Both the position numbers and the translations under genes were made by a program. The notes beneath the pieces were generated by a model, which did not search any database, was not told the origin of the DNA, and worked only from the letters and a program-made list of their open reading frames with translations. A stretch of DNA of 64,000 nt from Eledone cirrhosa (Eukaryota): NCBI GenBank assembly GCA_964016885.1, contig OZ024742.1, positions 186,000,001-186,064,000 on the forward strand. The letters run 5' to 3'. Shown in pieces: positions 57,601 through 64,000 of the stretch; the stretch's first letter is position 1; each line of letters begins with the position of its first letter.

Positions 57601-60600
57601 ATCTACAATATGTAAGACACCATTTCTCATCTACAGTAGATAACACACAATCTCTAATCTACAATGGATAACATACCAGCTCTCATCTACACTAGGTAAC
57701 ACACCAGCTCTCATCTAGTTTAGATAACACACCATCACTCATTTGCAACAGATGACACACCATTTCTCATCTACAGTAGATGACATTCCATCCCTCATCT
57801 ATAATAGATAACACACCATCTCTCCTCTACCTCAGATAACACGCCATATCTCATCTACAATAGATAACATACCATCTCTCATCTACGCTAGATGAGACAC
57901 CATATCACATATACAACCGATACCACACCATCTCTCATCTTCAACAGATAACACACCATCTCTCATCTACTGTAAAAAAACACACCATCTCTCATCTACA
58001 GTAGATAACACATCATCTTATATCTTCAATAGATGAGAGACCATCTATCATCTACAACAGATACCACACCATCTCTCATCTACAATAGATAACACACAAT
58101 CTCTCATCTACCATAGATCACACACCATCTCTCATCTACAGCAGATTACACACCATCTCTTATCTACCTTAGATAACACACCATCTCTCATCTACAGTAG
58201 ATAACACACAATCTCTCATCTACAGTAGATAACACTCCATCTCTCATCTACAGTAGATAACACACCATCTCTGATCTACAGTAGATAACACACCATCTCT
58301 CATTTACAATAGATAACACAGCAACTCTCATCTACAACAGATAACCCACCATCTCACATATGCAGTGGATAATACTCCATCTCTCATCTACAGTAAATAA
58401 CACACTATCTCTCACCTACAACAGATAACACAGCATCTCTCATCTACAGTAGATAACACACCATCTCTCATCTACAGTAGATAACACACCTTCTCTCATC
58501 TACAGTAGATAACACACCATCTCTCATCTAAAGTAGATAACACACCATCTCTCATCTACAGTAGATAACATACCATCTCTAATCTACAATGGATAACATA
58601 CCATCTCTCATATACAGTAAATAACACACTATCTCTCATCTACAACAGATAACACAGCATCATTCATCTACAGTAGATAACACACCATCTCTCATCTACA
58701 GTAGATAACACACCTTCTCTCATCTACAGTAGATAACACACCATCTCTCATCTAAAGTAGATAACACACCATCTCTCATCTACAGTAGATAACACACCAT
58801 CTCTAATCTACAACAGATAACACACCATCTCTCATCTACAGTAAATAACACACTATCTCTCATCTACAACAGATAACACAGCATCTCTCATCTACAGTAG
58901 ATAACACACCATCTCTAATCTACGACAGATAATACACCTTCTCTCATCTACAGTAGCTAACACACTATCTCTCATCTAAAGTAGATATCACACCATCTCT
59001 CATCTACAGTAGATAACACACCATCTCTCATCTACAGTAAATAACACACTATCTCTAATCTACAACAGATAACACACCATCTCTCATCTACAGTAGATAA
59101 CACACCATCTCTAATCTACAACAGATAATACACCATCTCTGATCTACAATAGATAACATACCATCTCTCATGTACAACAGATAAAAACATCATCTCTGAT
59201 CTACAATAGATCCCACACATCTCTCATCTGCCCTAGATAACATACAATCTCTCATCTACAGTGGATAGCATACCATCTCTCATCTAGGACAGATATACAA
59301 ACGTGTCTCATCTACAGTGGATAGCATACCATCTCTCATCTAGGACAGATATACAAACGTGTCTCATCTACAAAATATAACACACCATATCACATCCACA
59401 ATAGATAATGCATAATCTCTCATCTACCGTAGATAACACACCATCTCTCATTCTACACTAGATAACACATCTTCTCTCATCTACAGGAGATAACACACCA
59501 TTTCTCTCAACTACCCTAGATAACAAACCATCTCTCATCTACGCTAGATAACATACCATCTCTCATCTACCGTAGATATCACACCATCTCTCATCTACAG
59601 TAGATAACACACCATCTCTGATCTAAAGTAGATAACACCCAATATCTGATCTACAGTAGAGCACACACCATCTCTCATCTACAATAGATAACACACCATC
59701 TCTCATCTACACTAGATAACACACCATCTCTCATCAACAACAGATAACACACCATCTCTCATCTACAATGGATAACACACCATCTCTCATCTACAACAGA
59801 TAACACACGAGCTCTCATCTACACTAGATTACATACCATCTCTCATCTACAGTAGATAACACACCATCTCTCATCTACCCTAGATAACACACCATCGCTG
59901 ATCTAAAGTAGATAACACCCCATCTCTGATATACAGTAGATAACACACCATCTCTCATCTACAGTAGATAACTCACCATCTCTCATCTACAGCAGATAAT
60001 ACACGATCTCTCATCGACAATAAGATACCATCTCTCATCTACAACACATAACACACCATCTCTTATCTACAGTAAATAACACACCATCTCTCATCTACAG
60101 TAGATAACACACCATCTCACATATGCAGTGGATAACACTCCATCTCTCATCTACAGTAAATAACACACTATCTCTCATCTACAACAGATAACACAGCATC
60201 TCTCATCTACAGTAGATAACACACCATCTGTCATCTACAGTAGATAACACACCTTCTCTCATCTACAGTAGATAACACACCATCTCTCATCTAAAGTAGA
60301 TAACACACCATCTCTCATCTACAGTAGATAACACACCATCTCTAATCTACAACAGATAACACACCATCTCTCATCTACAGTAAATAAAACACTATCTCTC
60401 ATCTACAACAGATAACACAGCATCTCTCATCTACAGTAGATAACACACCATCTCTAATCTACAACAGATAACACACCTTCTCTCATCTACAGTAGCTAAC
60501 ACACCATTTCTCATCTAAAGTAGATAACACACCATCTCTCATCTACAGTAGATAACACACCATCTCTCATCTACAGTAAATAACACACTATCTCTGATCT

Positions 60601-63600
60601 ACAACAGATAACACACCATCTCTCATCTACAGTAGATAACACACCATCTCTAATCTACAACAGATAACACACCCTCTCTGATCTACAATAGATAACATAC
60701 CATCTCTCATGTACAACAGATAAAAACATCATCTCTGATCTACAATAGATCCCACACCATCTCTCATCTGCCCTAGATAACATACAATCTCTCATCTACA
60801 GTAGATAGCATACCATCTCTCATCTAGGACAGATATACAAACGTGTCTCATCTACAACAAATAACACACCATATCTCATCCACAATAGATAATGCATAAT
60901 CTCTCATCTACAGTAGATAACACACCATCTCTCATTCTACACTAGATAACACACCATCTCTCATCTACAGTAGATAACACACCATTTCTCTCAACTACCC
61001 TAGATAACAAACCATCTCTCATCTACGCTAGATAACATACCATCTCTCATCTACCGTAGATATCACACCATCTCTCATCTACAGTAGATAACACAACATC
61101 TCTGATCTAAAGTAGATAACACCCAATATCTGATCTACAGTAGAGCACACACCATCTCTCATCTACAATAGATAACACACCATCTCTCATCTACAATGGA
61201 TAACACACCATCTCTCATCTACAACAGATAACACATGAGCTCTCATCTACACTAGATTACATACCATCTCTCATCTACAGTAGATAACACACCATCTCTC
61301 ATCTACCCTAGATAACACACCATCGCTGATCTAAAGTAGATAACACCCCATCTCTGATATACAGTAGATAACACACCATCTCTCATCTACAGTAGATAAC
61401 TCACCATCTCTCATCTACAGCAGATAATACACCATCTCTCATCTACAATAACATACTATCTCTCATCTACAACAGATAACACACCATCTCTTATCTACAG
61501 TAAATAACACACCGACTCTCATCTACAGTAAATAACACACCATCTCTCATCTACAGTAGATAACACACCGTCTCTCATCTACAGTAGGTAACACACCCTC
61601 TCTCACCTACAATAGAAAACACACCATCTCTCATCTACAATAGATACCAGACACTCTCTTATCTACAGTAGATAACACCCCATCTCTCAATTTACAGTAG
61701 ATAACACCCCATCTCTCATCTACTGTAGATAACACACCCTCTCTCATCTACAGTAGATAACACACCATCTCTCATCTACACTAGATAACACTCCATCTCT
61801 CATCTACATTAGATAACACACCGTCTGTCGTCTACAGTAGATCACACACTATATCTCATATATAGTAGATAACACACCTTCCCTCATCTACAGTAGATAA
61901 CACACCATCTCTCATCTACAACAGATAACACACCAACACTCATCTACCCTAGATAACATACCATCTCTCATCTACGGTAGATAACACACCATTTCTTATC
62001 TACAGTAGATAGCACACCATCTCTCATCTACCCTAGATAACACACCATCTCTCATCTACAGTAGATAACACACTATCTCTCATCTACCCTAGATAACACA
62101 CCATCTCTCATCTAGAACAGATCACATACCATCTCTCATCTACAGTAGATAAAACACCATCTCTCATCTTCAATAGATAAAATGCCATCTCTCATCTACA
62201 GTAGATAACATAACATCTCTCTTCTACAACAGATGATACACCATCTCTCATCTACAACAGATCAGATACCATCTCTCATCTACAATAAAACAACACACCC
62301 TCTCTCATCTACCCAATATAACACATCATCTCTCCTCAACAGTAGATAACACAACATCTCTCATCTACAACAGATAACTCACCATCTCTCATATGCAATT
62401 GGATAACACATCATCTCTCATCTACAATAGGTCACACACCATCTCTTATCTACAGTATATAACACACCCTCGCTCATCTATAGTAGATAACACACTATCT
62501 CTCATCTACAACAGATAACATGCCATCTCTCGTCTACAACAGATAACACACCATCTCTCATCTACCCTAGATAACACACCATCTCTTATCTACACTTGAT
62601 AACATACCATCTCTCATCTACAGTAGATAACACACCACCTCTCATCTACAATATACAACACACCATCTCTCATCTACAACAGATAACACACCATCTCTCA
62701 TGTACCCTAGATAACACACCATCTCTCATCTACCCTAGATAACACACCATATCTCCTGTTCAACAAATAACACACCATCTCTCAATCTACAACAGATAAC
62801 ACACCATCTCTCCTCTACCCAAGATAACCCATCCTCTCTCATCTATTTCAGACTACACAACATCTCTCATCTACTCTAGATAACACACCATCTCTCATCT
62901 AAAATAGATAACACAACATCTCTCATCTACAGTAGATAACACACTATCTCTCATCTACAACAGCTAACACACCATCTTTCATCTACAACAGATAACACAC
63001 CATCACTCATCTACCCTAGATAACACACCATCTCTCATCTGCAACAGATAACACTCCATCCCTCATCTACAACAGATAATACACCATCTCTCATCTACAG
63101 TAGATAACACACCATCTCTCATCTACAACAGATAACACACCATCTCTCATCTACAAGAGATAATGCACCATCTCTCATCTACCCTAGATAACACACCATC
63201 TCTTATCTGCAACAGATAACACTCCATCTCTCATCTACAACAGATAACACACCATCCCTCATCTACACTAGAAAACACACCATCTCTCGTCTACAACAGA
63301 TAACACATGATCTCTCATCTACAAGAGATAACACACCATCTCTCATCTGCAGTAGATAACACACCATCAATCATCTACCCTATATAACACATCATTTCTT
63401 ATCTACACTATATATAACACCATCTCACATCTACGGTAGATGACACACCATCTCTGATCTACAGTAGATAACATACCATCACTCATCTACCCTAGATAAC
63501 ACACCATCTCTCATCTACAGTAGATAACACACCATCTCTTATCTTCGATAGATGACACACCAACTCTCATCTACTACAGATAACACACCATCTCTCATCT

Positions 63601-64000
63601 ATAGTAGATAATACACCATCTCTCATCTACCCTAGATAACAGACCATCTCTCATCTACAGTAGATAACACACCATCTCTCATCTACAGTAGATAACACAC
63701 CCTCTCACATCTACAGTAGATAACACACCAACTCTCATCTACTACAGATAACACACCATCTCTCATCTATAGTAGATAACACACCATCTCTCATCTACAG
63801 TAGATAACACACCATCTCTCATCTACAGTAGATAACACACCCTCTCTCATCTACAGTAGATAACACACCATCTCTCATCTACAGTAGATAACACCCCTTC
63901 TCTCATCTACAGTAGATAACACACCATCTCTCATCTACAGTAGATAACACACTCTCTCTCATCTACAGTAGATAACACACTCTCTCTCATCTACACTAGA
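24679..64000. repeat. 28-bp satellite DNA, consensus AGATAACACACCATCTCTCATCTACAGT, ~1400 copies, one orientation, continues beyond the window
   Basis: Uninterrupted tandem monomers over ~39.3 kb. No ORFs are listed in the track. Shared rare variants reveal higher-order duplications. Confidence 0.98.

Noticed and set aside
24679-64000. CRISPR array (28-bp repeat with TCTAC...GTAGAT, reminiscent of the Cas12a repeat stem)
   Set aside because: Repeats are directly adjacent with no unique spacers, there are no cas genes, and the context is eukaryotic.
24679-64000. Repetitive protein-coding exon
   Set aside because: The unit length is not a multiple of 3 and there are stop codons on both strands in nearly every unit. 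The track lists no ORFs here.

Overview
AT-rich, repeat-dense eukaryotic DNA with no recognisable intact host gene. The tRNA-derived SINEs, (TA)n/(CA)n/(GA)n tracts and retroelement types suggest a cephalopod, probably octopus (inference). The first ~24.7 kb is a transposon graveyard: a disrupted Helitron RepHel gene (~13.5-16.9 kb) ending in two tandem 3' termini; three Penelope-like element (PLE) coding fragments (two GIY-YIG, one RT); RTE-type and R4/Dong-type LINE 3' ends; about ten MetaSINE-like copies; and several MITE-like inverted-repeat elements. The remaining ~39.3 kb (24679-64000, running off the window) is a 28-bp satellite with multi-kb higher-order structure. Two signals stand out. 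First, there is a set of PLE-type type I hammerhead ribozyme motifs, and four fold-back inverted repeats inside microsatellites have their inversion junction in or at a hammerhead core. Second, the satellite starts on the first base after a perfect 16-bp inverted repeat, and its monomer is a palindrome with a hypervariable 3-nt centre. All alignments and folds were done by eye. No database search or folding program was run.
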